Shown here: positions 1 through 10,066 of the stretch, one piece after another | Layout of the letters: each line of letters begins with the position of its first letter | Numbering within the stretch: the stretch's first letter is position 1 | Assembly (NCBI GenBank): GCA_016783565.1 | Contig: JADHWI010000003.1 | Location: forward strand, 9,926-73,925 | Length of the DNA: 64,000 nt | Reading direction: 5' to 3' | DNA from: Kiritimatiellia bacterium | GTDB lineage: Bacteria; Verrucomicrobiota; Kiritimatiellia; UBA8416; JADHWI01 | Notes under the pieces: model-generated | Told to the model about the DNA's origin: nothing | Seen by the model: only the letters and a program-made list of their open reading frames with translations | Database searches by the model: none | Program-made: the position numbers and the translations under genes

Positions 1-1461
1 CAACTCATCCGGGTGCGTCAATCGCGCCTTCATTGTCGAATAGCCATCAGCCGCCATACCCGTGGCCGCATCGGCTTCATCAAGAAACGGCACCACAAAG
101 GACCCCTGCTCCGCAAGTTCTGAAAATACAAGAGCAGAACGATACTGCGTGACAAAGGCCGCATACGCCAACGCAAAGGCCCGCGCATGCACTTCGGATT
201 CCGCCAGATAATCAATTTGATAGAATCCGCGATAGCGGTCACGCAGAAGCTGCAATTCACGGAACGTCTCCACAAACTCCCGCCAGACAGATCGAACCTG
301 TGTGCGCTCTTCCGGCGTCAACTCCGTAACCGCACGTTGCAACGGTCCCTGGGATTGCACCCACGCCAATTGTGACTGCATGGCACTGCGCAACACGCGA
401 TAGGATCCCTCGTCCACAGTTAGCTCCGCACCAATATCCCGCGCCGACACGGATGCCAGATGCCCCTCGACCCCTGTAGGTGCAAGCACATAGCCCACCC
501 GCGCAACCGCAAGAAGAATCAACGCAAGCACAATGTGCACCAGGTAGGGCCGCACCCGCTTCTTGAGCTGCCGCCCCTGCAGGCGCAACACGTCGCTTTT
601 ATTACGAAACGCCAACGCCAACGGAACCCAACTGGACGCATACACGGCCAATGCCGTCACACGATGATAAGGCGAAAACGCGCGCAGCATCAGTACCGCC
701 AGCGCCGCACCCGCAAGACTCAAACTCAACGTCATATTGCGAAACAACCGCCAACCGGAGACGCCTAACGCCCACTGAATACGCACCGACTCATCCTTCG
801 GTCGGTCCCCATATTTAACGCGCATATCCAGTTCCCACATCTCCTGCTGCGTACGGTAAATGGTCACAAACAAACCAAAAGCCGAACCCACCAGTACGTA
901 CGGCATCGCTTTCTCCGCCAGTGTATAATCGCGGGACAAGATCAGGATCGTATTCACGGCTATAAAAACAAGGCGTACTTCCGTGGGGCCCACTCCCAGA
1001 TAACTGATCTTGAACTCGTTCGTTGCCGCAAACGATAAAAACGAATTCACCATGAAGCCGCCGAATAACGCCAGGACAAAAAACAACATGTACTTGTTGT
1101 AGTCCCGCACCAGAAACGAGTAGCCGATCAAAATAGAGCACAGGAACATATAATCCAGAAAGTGGTCCATGTAATAGCCCCACTTGACCAGCCCCGTATC
1201 CCGATGCCTGCCGATTGCGCCATCCAGAAGATCCGTAATGTACTGAGCCACAATCATCAGCGACGTCAACCACATCCAACGCAGGTCATAGCGAGCAAGA
1301 AAACTGAACAGAAGAATAAACAGACACCAGAGCACGGTGCTCAGCGTCAGATGATACGTCTCAACACCCGACGGCACCTTGGGTATCAACCACGCCTTCA
1401 GACGCTCTTCATAGCGCGCCAAAACCCACGTCCCAACCTTCTTGTCGCCCGCGAATGCCAT
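1..1461 (-). CDS. CDP-alcohol phosphatidyltransferase family membrane protein with an unrecognised C-terminal domain (3' end lies beyond the window)
   Basis: Not in the ORF track. The reverse frame starts at ATG 1461-1459 and stays open to base 1 (487 codons); I checked that no TTA/CTA/TCA occurs in that phase. The translation MAFAGDKKVGTWVLARYEERL... contains DLLDGAIGRHRDTGLVKWGYYMDHFLD. That is a DG-x2-(A/G)R-x9-G-x3-D-x3-D signature, with the spacer one residue longer than canonical. Several hydrophobic helices are present, and the last ~250 aa are unrecognised. Confidence 0.7.
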   Translation of the reverse strand, partial: MAFAGDKKVGTWVLARYEERLKAWLIPKVPSGVETYHLTLSTVLWCLFILLFSFLARYDLRWMWLTSLMIVAQYITDLLDGAIGRHRDTGLVKWGYYMDHFLDYMFLCSILIGYSFLVRDYNKYMLFFVLALFGGFMVNSFLSFAATNEFKISYLGVGPTEVRLVFIAVNTILILSRDYTLAEKAMPYVLVGSAFGLFVTIYRTQQEMWELDMRVKYGDRPKDESVRIQWALGVSGWRLFRNMTLSLSLAGAALAVLMLRAFSPYHRVTALAVYASSWVPLALAFRNKSDVLRLQGRQLKKRVRPYLVHIVLALILLAVARVGYVLAPTGVEGHLASVSARDIGAELTVDEGSYRVLRSAMQSQLAWVQSQGPLQRAVTELTPEERTQVRSVWREFVETFRELQLLRDRYRGFYQIDYLAESEVHARAFALAYAAFVTQYRSALVFSELAEQGSFVVPFLDEADAATGMAADGYSTMKARLTHPDEL

Positions 1462-1599
1462 GACCTGTCACTCCTTGTTCTTGCGCCATTACAGATATCG
1501 GATTCTGTCAGCTCACCTGAAAACGATCAACCTCTAAACAAAACAGAGCACATGAAAGGATACGGGAATGAACGCATCTTTTATTACGCGTCGAACAAT

Positions 1600-4071
1600 T
1601 TAAGACAATGTAGATTTCACAATGGCAGCCAACGACTTGATGCCGTAAGGCTTTTGAATGAAAGGCAACGTCGCCGCCGCCTGCATCTCGGCCGCTACAT
1701 CCGGCTCCGCAAATCCACTGACGATGATCACTTTCTGCCCGGGAACTATTTTCACAATCTCTTCATACGTCTGCTTGCCATCCATTCCAGGCATCACCAT
1801 ATCCAGGAGAATAAGATCCACGGGCTTCTTCTTGATATACTCAAGCGCTTCGGGTCCACTGCCAACTGCTTCGGCCGTGTAACTCAGACGGTTCAGAATC
1901 TTTGTTGCGATCTCACGCTGTGCCGGCTCATCATCCACAACCAACACAAACTGCCCCTGCCCCTCAGCTGCTACCGGGGGCACCGAAGGCCGAGCTTCAG
2001 CCGGTTTGGAATGATCCACAGGGAAATACAACTCAAACGTCGTACCTTTCTCGGAACTGACCAGATCAACAAATCCATTGTGATCATGCAGCGTATTCCA
2101 GACCACCGTCAGTCCCAGTCCTGTACCACTGCGCCCCATAACTTTACGGGTATAGAAAGGCTCAAAAAGGCGATCCATATCCGCTCTGGAAATTCCCGGT
2201 CCGGTATCACTAACCGTCAACACCGCGTACTCGCCCGGCGGGATCTCTTCGTAACGATTCAACCTGCTCAGCACGGTCATGTAACGCGTGGCTACGCGCA
2301 CGTGTCCATCCTCAACAACGGCCTCTACTGCATTGCCAAGAAGATTCATCAAAGCCTTTTTCACATGCACCGGCGAACAGCTGATGGGCAGCTTCTCCTG
2401 TGCATTTTGCTCAACCGTGAGTCGCACACCGGGCTTCTGCCGCATAAGCTCACGATGCTCTGGGGAATACAAATGCTCACGCACCAATGCACCAAGCTCG
2501 TGCTGTGTTTTTGCTACAGCTGCACCACGCGCTACACTCAACATGTCCTGCACCACATTGGCAGCGCGTAACCCGCTGTCACGGATAGTCTCAAGGGGTT
2601 TACGCAATTTGCTTCCGGGCGGCAAATCCAAGAGCAGAAACTCCGGATAACTAAGAATGCCTGACAAGATATTATTCAAATCGTGCGCCACACCGCCAGC
2701 CATGAGGCCCAGAGCTTCCATCTTACGCGATCGAGCCAGACGTTCACGCAACAACTCGTGTTCCTTCTGGGCACGTTTCAGGGCCGTAATGATCCGACCC
2801 ACACCTATGACTTCCACAATCCTGCCGACATCATCAAAGACCACACTGTCCGACCAGGCAATCCACTGCCAGCCATCCTTCGTCATCGCACGCTGCTCAA
2901 CATAACAGGTATGCGGAGGGCGCTGCAGTTCCAGCATCGCCTTGCGGGTGCGCTCCCTGTCCTCCTCATGCACCAGCGTCATAATATTCAGACCCTCAAG
3001 CTCTTGTTCGCTTTTCCCAAACACCCTGCAATAGGATGGACTGGCATATTGAATCCTGCCACGCATGTCAGTCTTCACAACCATGTCGGCAGCATGGTTA
3101 ACGAGCAAACGATACTTTTCTTCAGAATCCTTCAAGGTCACATTCGCCCGACGCCGTTCCTCCAGCAACGCTGCCAGAAGCACCGGTGGCACAATGGCCA
3201 CAAAAAGAAAAGATTGTACCTCCACCAAACGATGCATCGCAGTGCCTGAACCAAACGGTCCAGACCCGTGAGCTGACGCCATAAGCGAAACACAGGCAAT
3301 CACCGCACCCGTGGCGTAAGTTCCCATCGGCCCCAACCGTACCGCACCCCACAGCAACATGGGCAACGGCAGACAGAACAGCACGGGGAAATTTCCAAAA
3401 AGGTCACGATCCATCGAAAAAACGAACGCATTGAGCACGACGAACATCATCAAGGTTCCGACAAGTTCCACCTTCTTTAGACGGGGTAACACCATTTCCC
3501 GACGATCAGACATCACCCAGTACACACTCAACAACACCAGAGGTGTCAGCGTTAACTGAGCAATCGCATCACCCAACACCCATTGACTCCACTGCATCCA
3601 GTACGTCATCGATGCCGGGCTCACGCCCCCCATACCCGCGCCAATGATTCCTGCGGCCAACGGCCCCACTCCCACAGCCCATACCATGAAGACGAGCGTT
3701 TCCCGCAGGTTCTCAAAACGCAGGGGAAACGATGTACAAGCCCGAATCCCGAGTGCCGCCACCAGGACTTCGATGAAATCGGCCAATAAAAAATGTAAAG
3801 AATTCAGAAAAGGAATTCCCTGGGGCATGTCAGCCGCCAGCTCGGCGGGAAGTACCGCAACAAAGAGTACCCACCAGACGCGAGGCGATGTCAAGAGCAG
3901 CGCCGCCAACAAAATGCCATTGGGTGCCCATAATGAAGCGATATTGTTAGGGGGAAAGCTCAGATACAACCCAAAAAGCGCGCCCAGATAATAGGCCAAC
4001 GCCACAATGAAAGCAAAACCGACAAGTCGGCCCCTGCTCCTAAGCGATATGACGCCACGTTCCATTGCCAT
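1600..4071 (-). CDS. hybrid sensor histidine kinase / response regulator (polytopic MASE1-like sensor, PAS, HisKA, HATPase, REC)
   Basis: The ORF runs 1600-4104 with TTG at 4104; the first ATG is at 4071. It has about 8 N-terminal TM helices and a PAS segment (EEKYRLLVNHAADMVVKTD). The H-box is GGVAHDLNNIL and the ATPase boxes are LLGNAVEA, DTGPGI and GTGLGL. The C-terminal receiver is VLVVDDEP...LILLDMVMPGMDG. Confidence 0.85.
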   Translation of the reverse strand: MAMERGVISLRSRGRLVGFAFIVALAYYLGALFGLYLSFPPNNIASLWAPNGILLAALLLTSPRVWWVLFVAVLPAELAADMPQGIPFLNSLHFLLADFIEVLVAALGIRACTSFPLRFENLRETLVFMVWAVGVGPLAAGIIGAGMGGVSPASMTYWMQWSQWVLGDAIAQLTLTPLVLLSVYWVMSDRREMVLPRLKKVELVGTLMMFVVLNAFVFSMDRDLFGNFPVLFCLPLPMLLWGAVRLGPMGTYATGAVIACVSLMASAHGSGPFGSGTAMHRLVEVQSFLFVAIVPPVLLAALLEERRRANVTLKDSEEKYRLLVNHAADMVVKTDMRGRIQYASPSYCRVFGKSEQELEGLNIMTLVHEEDRERTRKAMLELQRPPHTCYVEQRAMTKDGWQWIAWSDSVVFDDVGRIVEVIGVGRIITALKRAQKEHELLRERLARSRKMEALGLMAGGVAHDLNNILSGILSYPEFLLLDLPPGSKLRKPLETIRDSGLRAANVVQDMLSVARGAAVAKTQHELGALVREHLYSPEHRELMRQKPGVRLTVEQNAQEKLPISCSPVHVKKALMNLLGNAVEAVVEDGHVRVATRYMTVLSRLNRYEEIPPGEYAVLTVSDTGPGISRADMDRLFEPFYTRKVMGRSGTGLGLTVVWNTLHDHNGFVDLVSSEKGTTFELYFPVDHSKPAEARPSVPPVAAEGQGQFVLVVDDEPAQREIATKILNRLSYTAEAVGSGPEALEYIKKKPVDLILLDMVMPGMDGKQTYEEIVKIVPGQKVIIVSGFAEPDVAAEMQAAATLPFIQKPYGIKSLAAIVKSTLS

Positions 4072-4208
4072 AAATGAGTGCGATAAATCAGGGGCCTCTG
4101 TCAAGATTCAAGATCTATCACACATTTCTCCGTTGCACGCGGTACCACGTTCCGGTAGTGTTCGCGCACAGTTAAAGCATCAAATCAAACAGAGAAAGCA
4201 GTCCAAGC

Positions 4209-4826
4209 ATGTATGCCAAGCAATGTGTTGTTGCACTGGATATGGAAGGTGTCCTGACACCGGAAATATGGATCAACGTAGCCGAGAAAACCGGAGTCGA
4301 AGGCTTGCGCCTTACCACTCGGGATGTTCCCGACTACAACGAGTTAATGCAAGGACGCCTCAAACTCTTGCAAGAAAACAATCTAACGCTCAGTGATATT
4401 CGTGCGGTCATCGCAAAACTCAAACCTCTGGACGGTGCCGTGGAATTTCTGAACGAATTGCGTCGCAATACGCAGGTCATCATTCTCTCGGATACATTCC
4501 TCGAGTTCGCAAAACCACTGATCGCCCAGCTTGAATATCCCACCCTCTTCTGTCACAACCTGATCGTAGAGAATGACATCATTGTGGACTACCAGCTCCG
4601 ACAACAGGATCAGAAGCGCAAGGTTGTTGCCGCACTCAAAACACTCAATTTCAACATCCTGGCAGGCGGAGACTCCTATAACGATACGGCGATGTTGTGC
4701 GAAGCCGATTGTGGAATTCTTTTCCGGGCACCGGAACGCGTTAAATCGGAATTTCCCCAGTTCGAGACCGTTGAAACGCATCCCGACTTTCTTGCCGCCA
4801 TCATGCAATGGCTAGCCGGAAACTGA
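4209..4826 (+). CDS. thrH: phosphoserine phosphatase / homoserine phosphotransferase ThrH (HAD superfamily)
   Basis: 205 aa, colinear with Pseudomonas ThrH as I remember it. Shared segments: LDMEGVLTPEIWI, TTRDVPDYNELM, ILSDTF-EF, YQLRQQDQKR, AGGDSYNDT. Confidence 0.8.
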   Translation: MYAKQCVVALDMEGVLTPEIWINVAEKTGVEGLRLTTRDVPDYNELMQGRLKLLQENNLTLSDIRAVIAKLKPLDGAVEFLNELRRNTQVIILSDTFLEFAKPLIAQLEYPTLFCHNLIVENDIIVDYQLRQQDQKRKVVAALKTLNFNILAGGDSYNDTAMLCEADCGILFRAPERVKSEFPQFETVETHPDFLAAIMQWLAGN

Positions 4827-4857
4827 GAGAGACACGAGCAACTTTTCTCAGCGCCAC

Positions 4858-6240
4858 TTAAGTCACACCCTCAATGCCCTTTGCAGTCTTGGCAATCACG
4901 CCAATCAATGCCAGCACCATCAGAATAACAGCCACCGTAAACACTGCCTTGCGGTTCACCCACGACGGCGCAGCCGCCGCCTTGTACTCGGGATTCAATT
5001 CTTGCGCACCGACCCGACAAACATCCGTATCCGCGGTCTGGGCATTTTCAAGAATCGCAGCAATGTCATAGCGCGGGGAGCGCAGGCCATCGGCTCCGTA
5101 AACCACACGATAATCATGTCCGTCCGCACGCAGAAAAACTGCTTCCATCACATCCCCCGTCAATTCAACGCCCTCGATCGCGAGCGCCGGACTGTCCATG
5201 TTTGCTATCCGGACCCGGGCCTCGACAATACGCTGCGGCGAGCTCAGCACAATCCCGGCACTGTCACGCGAATATGAACTGAGACTGACACGGCTGATAC
5301 GACTGGATGAAATCCGCCGCCAACGTTCCATGCCCGACGTCACATCACGCACCTCCACCGTAACGTGCCGACTGAAGTTTACCGCCGGCGTCTTAATGCG
5401 GATCTTTCGTATCGGAGCACGACAAGTGGCAAAGCGAATCACCGTTTCCTGTCGTTCGATATTCTCCTCCACCGTGAGGTCACGCACGCCATACCGCCGT
5501 GATACAATCTCATCATGAATAACGCTCGACCGCTTCCGCAGCACGTCAATACGCTCAATGCGAAAATCAGCACGCATGAAACTGGTCTTCTCAATCTCGG
5601 CAGCCAGCGCCCCTTTGCGCGTCTCGCGAGCAATCCGTGTCAATGGTGACTGATGCGACTCTGATATGTTGGAAATCTCCACCTTGATGGTTGCAAAATC
5701 ATTGCGTGGCAATTCCACGCGATTGTTACGCAGATCGAAAAAACGTGTGTAGTCGTAAATGGGCTGGTTCGTCACAACTGGATGCCACGTCTGGCCATCC
5801 TGGCTACCATACACGGCCACTTTTTTTTCGTAGTTCTTTTGTTCCGTCAGAAAGACCAACGCGACAGCCCGGTGATCCGCTTCCTTGCGCTGCAATACAA
5901 TCTCAATCCGGTTCGTCGGAAGTTCCTGAAATGCCACCGGCTTCATCGGCATCGCAAATTCCCGTGTCACGTGCTTCTTCTCACGCATCGTACGCACCAG
6001 GTATGGCGTCTCCGCATCGGCCTCATTTAAGATACGCATGTCCGCATATCGATCCGCCGTGCCCGCCAGCAACTCTTCATCCAGCGATAGCGATCCCACC
6101 GTTCTGCGAGCCTCTGCTGACACTTCAAGCGATTTAGAGTACCTGAACATATCACTGTCCACCGCGTGCAATACGCCCGCACACACAACAGTCATTAATC
6201 CAAAAACAAACAAACTAGCCCTCATTGTTCGCATCTCCAT
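4858..6240 (-). CDS. secreted protein with a C-terminal TM anchor, DUF3999-like
   Basis: ORF 4858-6327 was trimmed to the signal peptide MEMRTMRASLFVFGLMTVVCAGVLHA. The body is beta-rich and ends in a single C-terminal TM (AVFTVAVILMVLALIGVIA). The architecture and the pairing with the upstream polytopic protein match my memory of DUF3999, but the family is unverified. Confidence 0.5.
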   Translation of the reverse strand: MEMRTMRASLFVFGLMTVVCAGVLHAVDSDMFRYSKSLEVSAEARRTVGSLSLDEELLAGTADRYADMRILNEADAETPYLVRTMREKKHVTREFAMPMKPVAFQELPTNRIEIVLQRKEADHRAVALVFLTEQKNYEKKVAVYGSQDGQTWHPVVTNQPIYDYTRFFDLRNNRVELPRNDFATIKVEISNISESHQSPLTRIARETRKGALAAEIEKTSFMRADFRIERIDVLRKRSSVIHDEIVSRRYGVRDLTVEENIERQETVIRFATCRAPIRKIRIKTPAVNFSRHVTVEVRDVTSGMERWRRISSSRISRVSLSSYSRDSAGIVLSSPQRIVEARVRIANMDSPALAIEGVELTGDVMEAVFLRADGHDYRVVYGADGLRSPRYDIAAILENAQTADTDVCRVGAQELNPEYKAAAAPSWVNRKAVFTVAVILMVLALIGVIAKTAKGIEGVT

Positions 6241-8773
6241 CCTCCTGACGCGTAAATTTCTTATCCGAATAGATATAGGCAAACGACCCCAGCAACAGGA
6301 TGATGCCAACCACAAGAAATGCCACAACCCGATAGATCATCGCCATATCCTGCAGATCCACCAGGAAGACTTTTCCCGTTACCACGACAAACAGAACAAG
6401 CCCAAGATAGCGCAACGCACGAACCGTCTTACGAATGCCAACGGCAATAAAAGCAATCGCAAAAATTGACCACAGAATGCTGATGCCACCACCCTGAAAA
6501 TCACGCAATCGCCAATACAACAGGCTGTTGACTTCCAACGTTGCGTACAAAAACAGCAACGCCAGCCCTGTGTAGCCGAAAATGGAGGCAGGAATCGGCT
6601 CCCGTCCACGCCGTGCCAGAATCGACGAGGCCCCAAACAGAACCATCAATACAACGCCATAGTCGATCAGACGCATACCGGCATAAAGCAAGCTGTACTC
6701 AATGCCATACACAAAAGAATCACGCAGCTTCCATGCCCCCGCATCAATCACCAGCACCTTGATCAACACGATCACAAACACCACACTCATGGCACCAAAG
6801 CAAAACTGCTGCAGACGCGTCAGGCCACCTGACGACGATTGCTGATCCGCTACAGAAAGGTATCGCCACAAGAAGTATCCTGCCAACGCACACCATAAGA
6901 TCGTGAGAACCGGCAATCGCAACGGTTCGCAGTAGCACAACATCGTATTCAATTCCATATGCAGGAACAGAAAGATAAAGAACACCACGAACCATTGAAT
7001 GACATTAACGGCTAGATTGCGCGGCACAATATCACGCGTATCGCTGCCCTCCGCAACATGCAACGCATCACTTACCTTCACCGCACGACGCTGCAGAATG
7101 AAACCACCAATAATGGATGCCAGCGACAAGCCGAATGTCCACAGACGCTCCACCATCTGCTTCCAGTAGTCCGCTGCCGGAAGCGTGACCTGCGGACGCA
7201 TATCGAAATTACGGGGCACGTCCAGAGCCAGTAATCGATAAAACACTACCACATATACCAACTGCCCCAGGTTCTGTAGAAACGTGCTGTTCATCTTCTG
7301 CCCCAACCACAGAAACATGACGGCCAGAAGAGACAAACAAATAGTCAACGTTTCCTTCTCCAACACCAGAGGAAGCGTCCACGCAGCAAACACACCCGCA
7401 AGGGCAATCAAGGCTGTCAACAGGGCACGATCCACAAGCTGTCTTCGCAGAAACAAAATCAGATGTGCGGTGTAAAACACCGCCAACCCGAGAGACAGCA
7501 AACAGGGCCACGGACGCCCGTGGGCGTCACGAATCAACACGTAACCGATTCCCGCATAAGCGATCGCATTCGCCACCACGTGAATGATTTCCAAGACACC
7601 GGATCGCCCGCCTCGGATAATATTATACAAATACGTGATGGTGGAATGTACGATGAAGAAGGCTGTCAGAAATGAAATCGCCGCAGGGAAATCCGTGGCC
7701 TTGTCATAGGCCGACATCGACCCCAACACGAGTACATACGTGCACACAAAGCCCATATAATTCAGCAGTCGCCACTGCTTATAATACGCCATCCCCAGGA
7801 TGCCGACACTCAGCAGCAGCGTATAACCATAAAGCACCGGAAGATTAAGTTCCGGGGTACGCAACAGCACCGGCGTGATAAAACCACCCAGAATACCGAT
7901 AATCGCAATCAACATTGAATCGGTCCGAACCGCCAACAGCCCCGCCGTTATCGTCACAAGGATCATCAATGCGAACACCGCCGATGTGGGCAATACGCCA
8001 TACAATGGACCCGCCGCATACATACTGAAATACAGCGTCACCACGCCACCACCCATCAACCCCTGCCCCATCAGATGGTACTTGCGGCCCAGCAGGCGCA
8101 GCCCACCCGCAAGCATACCAATTCCAACCAGAATGCTGATCGCAACCCGCGCCTGCGGCCCAATGAGCTCGCGCTCAATCGACCACTTCAGAAAATATGC
8201 CACACAGGCCACAATCGCAACAATGCCGGCGATCAGCAACCAACGACTCGCCAATGCAAATTCGAATGTCACCCCTTCAGATCGATCCCCGACCAGCACC
8301 CAGTTCCAGATCTTTTTCAACACCTCGCGTGCACTCTCCACCACCGGAGACTGCTTGCGAGGCGACCGTGGCGGTTTGTTGGACTTGGTCGGCAGACCAA
8401 CGGGAGGAAACTTCGGTTTGCATACAACAGGAGCCTCCTTCGCCGGTACGAGAGCCTCTTTCTCTCGCCCTGGCTTCGGCGGGGACGGAATCGTCGCGCT
8501 CTGTGCAGCAGGTTTGACATCAGCCACCATGGCGGCCTTCGGCTTAGGCGATGGATGAGACTCAGCCTGCTCAGGTGCAGAGGGCTTGAGCCCCCGCTTA
8601 AGCGAAATAAGATCCTCACGCAATCCGCGAATATTGAGCGAGAGGTCGCCCAATTTGTCACCCATCGCCCGCGTACGTTTTCGTTGACCAACCAAAAGAA
8701 TGACCGTGACAATCGGCATAACGACCAACACGACCAAAGCAATAAACACAAGCGTCAGGATCATCTCTTCCAT
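6215..8773 (-). CDS. large polytopic membrane protein, DUF2339-like
   Basis: ORF 6215-8845 (GTG start) was trimmed to MEEMILTLVFIALVVLVV. It has an N-terminal TM, a Pro/Lys-rich linker (PKPKAAMVADVKPAA...PPKPGREKE) and then more than 20 hydrophobic helices. Its 3' end overlaps the start region of the next gene. Confidence 0.55.
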   Translation of the reverse strand: MEEMILTLVFIALVVLVVMPIVTVILLVGQRKRTRAMGDKLGDLSLNIRGLREDLISLKRGLKPSAPEQAESHPSPKPKAAMVADVKPAAQSATIPSPPKPGREKEALVPAKEAPVVCKPKFPPVGLPTKSNKPPRSPRKQSPVVESAREVLKKIWNWVLVGDRSEGVTFEFALASRWLLIAGIVAIVACVAYFLKWSIERELIGPQARVAISILVGIGMLAGGLRLLGRKYHLMGQGLMGGGVVTLYFSMYAAGPLYGVLPTSAVFALMILVTITAGLLAVRTDSMLIAIIGILGGFITPVLLRTPELNLPVLYGYTLLLSVGILGMAYYKQWRLLNYMGFVCTYVLVLGSMSAYDKATDFPAAISFLTAFFIVHSTITYLYNIIRGGRSGVLEIIHVVANAIAYAGIGYVLIRDAHGRPWPCLLSLGLAVFYTAHLILFLRRQLVDRALLTALIALAGVFAAWTLPLVLEKETLTICLSLLAVMFLWLGQKMNSTFLQNLGQLVYVVVFYRLLALDVPRNFDMRPQVTLPAADYWKQMVERLWTFGLSLASIIGGFILQRRAVKVSDALHVAEGSDTRDIVPRNLAVNVIQWFVVFFIFLFLHMELNTMLCYCEPLRLPVLTILWCALAGYFLWRYLSVADQQSSSGGLTRLQQFCFGAMSVVFVIVLIKVLVIDAGAWKLRDSFVYGIEYSLLYAGMRLIDYGVVLMVLFGASSILARRGREPIPASIFGYTGLALLFLYATLEVNSLLYWRLRDFQGGGISILWSIFAIAFIAVGIRKTVRALRYLGLVLFVVVTGKVFLVDLQDMAMIYRVVAFLVVGIILLLGSFAYIYSDKKFTRQEDGDANNEG

Positions 8774-8935
8774 AACACGCACCACTCCTTTGGCTATAAC
8801 AACGCACCCGCCAACACCACCGGAAAACAAACCGACTCGGCTCACTTTAACGATTAATCACCTCCGGTGACAAGCGCACTTTACTTGCCTTTTTACCGCA
8901 CAGCCCGCATCCTACAACAAACTGAATACCTATTT

Positions 8936-9895
8936 ATGAAAATTCTTATCGTAAAACTGAGTTCTCTGGGAGATGTGCTTCATGCACTGCCCACCGTGCA
9001 TCACCTGCGCGAGGGATTAAACGCGCGCATCGATTGGGTTGTACAAAAAGAATACGTGGATCTCGTCTCGCATTTTAGCGATGTCGATCGGGTCATCGGG
9101 TTCCCACGACGACAGATTCTCGGCTCCTTACGGCCATTTTTAAAAGAATTGCGTCAAGAGCCTTATGACATGGTCATCGACCTGCAAGGCTTGCTGAAGA
9201 GCGCTTTTGTAACAGCCGCTGCGCGCGCCTCACGCCGCATCGGCCCTTCTTTCCATCGCGAAGGTTCCTTTTTCTTTTACTCCGAAGTGGCTGGCGAGAG
9301 GAACCTGCAGCGACACGCCATCGACCAAATTATGGATGTACTCGATCACCTGAAAATCCAAAGACAGAAAGTAGTATTCCCCATAAAGATAGGCGCCCCC
9401 GAACTCGCCGGAGCTCGTCCGTTCCTGGCAATTTTCCCGGTGTCACGCTGGCCATCCAAAAACTGGCCCGCAAAACGCTTTATCGAAGCCGGGCGCAGAT
9501 TTCTGGATCAATACCATGGAAAAATCTTCGTTTTGGGTGCGCCAGGCGATGCAACGGTTTGCCAGACCATCGCCAACGGCATAGGCAACGAGACAGAAAG
9601 TCTGGCCGGGCAAACATCGCTAGTCGAGCTAACAGGAATACTCGCCACCATGGATCACGTACTCACTAATGACTCCGGCCCCATGCATTTGGCGGCGGCC
9701 GTTGGGACGCCCACAGCCGCCTTGTTCGGCCCCACAGATCCACGACGCACCGGACCTTATGGCTCCAATCACACCGTGCTGGAAGCCAACGTGGACTGCC
9801 GCCCTTGCACGCACCGCACGTGCCGCCATCAACCAACCTGCATGGAAACCATCTCTGTGCAAGCCGTCCTTGATGCCTTGAACCATAAACCTTAG
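8936..9895 (+). CDS. glycosyltransferase family 9 (LPS heptosyltransferase, WaaC/WaaF-like)
   Basis: The N-terminus is MKILIVKLSSLGDVLHALP and the C-terminal motif is NDSGPMHLAAAVGTPTAALFGPTDP. The start was trimmed from GTG 8867 to ATG 8936. Confidence 0.8.
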   Translation: MKILIVKLSSLGDVLHALPTVHHLREGLNARIDWVVQKEYVDLVSHFSDVDRVIGFPRRQILGSLRPFLKELRQEPYDMVIDLQGLLKSAFVTAAARASRRIGPSFHREGSFFFYSEVAGERNLQRHAIDQIMDVLDHLKIQRQKVVFPIKIGAPELAGARPFLAIFPVSRWPSKNWPAKRFIEAGRRFLDQYHGKIFVLGAPGDATVCQTIANGIGNETESLAGQTSLVELTGILATMDHVLTNDSGPMHLAAAVGTPTAALFGPTDPRRTGPYGSNHTVLEANVDCRPCTHRTCRHQPTCMETISVQAVLDALNHKP

Positions 9896-9943
9896 CAGCC
9901 CGTGACGAAACTGTATCAATGACAAAGATTGCGCAAAAGGTAA

Positions 9944-9965
9944 GGACGGCGGTCCCTCGCCGTCC
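9944..9965. terminator. GC-rich hairpin between convergent genes (possible terminator)
   Basis: A perfect 8-bp stem GGACGGCG-gtccct-CGCCGTCC sits in the gap between the GT9 gene and the propeller gene. A second stem AGTCCC...GGGACT lies at about 9986-10006. There is no clear U-tract. Confidence 0.3.
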
Positions 9966-10066
9966 GGGAACCACCCGCGCGTTTGAGTCCCGGCGCGCAA
10001 GGGACTGCACGCCCTCCCTTCACCCGGCTGAGTTCTAACCGACTGACATCATCCCCGTACGGAGCG

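Noticed and set aside
1162-2571. 469-aa plus-strand ORF, the longest unexplained ORF near the left edge
   Set aside because: It lies antisense to two real genes, the CDP-alcohol transferase and the histidine kinase. It is Arg/His/Gln-rich with no motifs and is codon-phase-locked to the true reverse frame.
8075-8857. 260-aa and 227-aa plus-strand ORFs over 7875-8857
   Set aside because: They are antisense shadows of the DUF2339-like gene. Their composition is Arg/Pro/His-rich nonsense with no start context.
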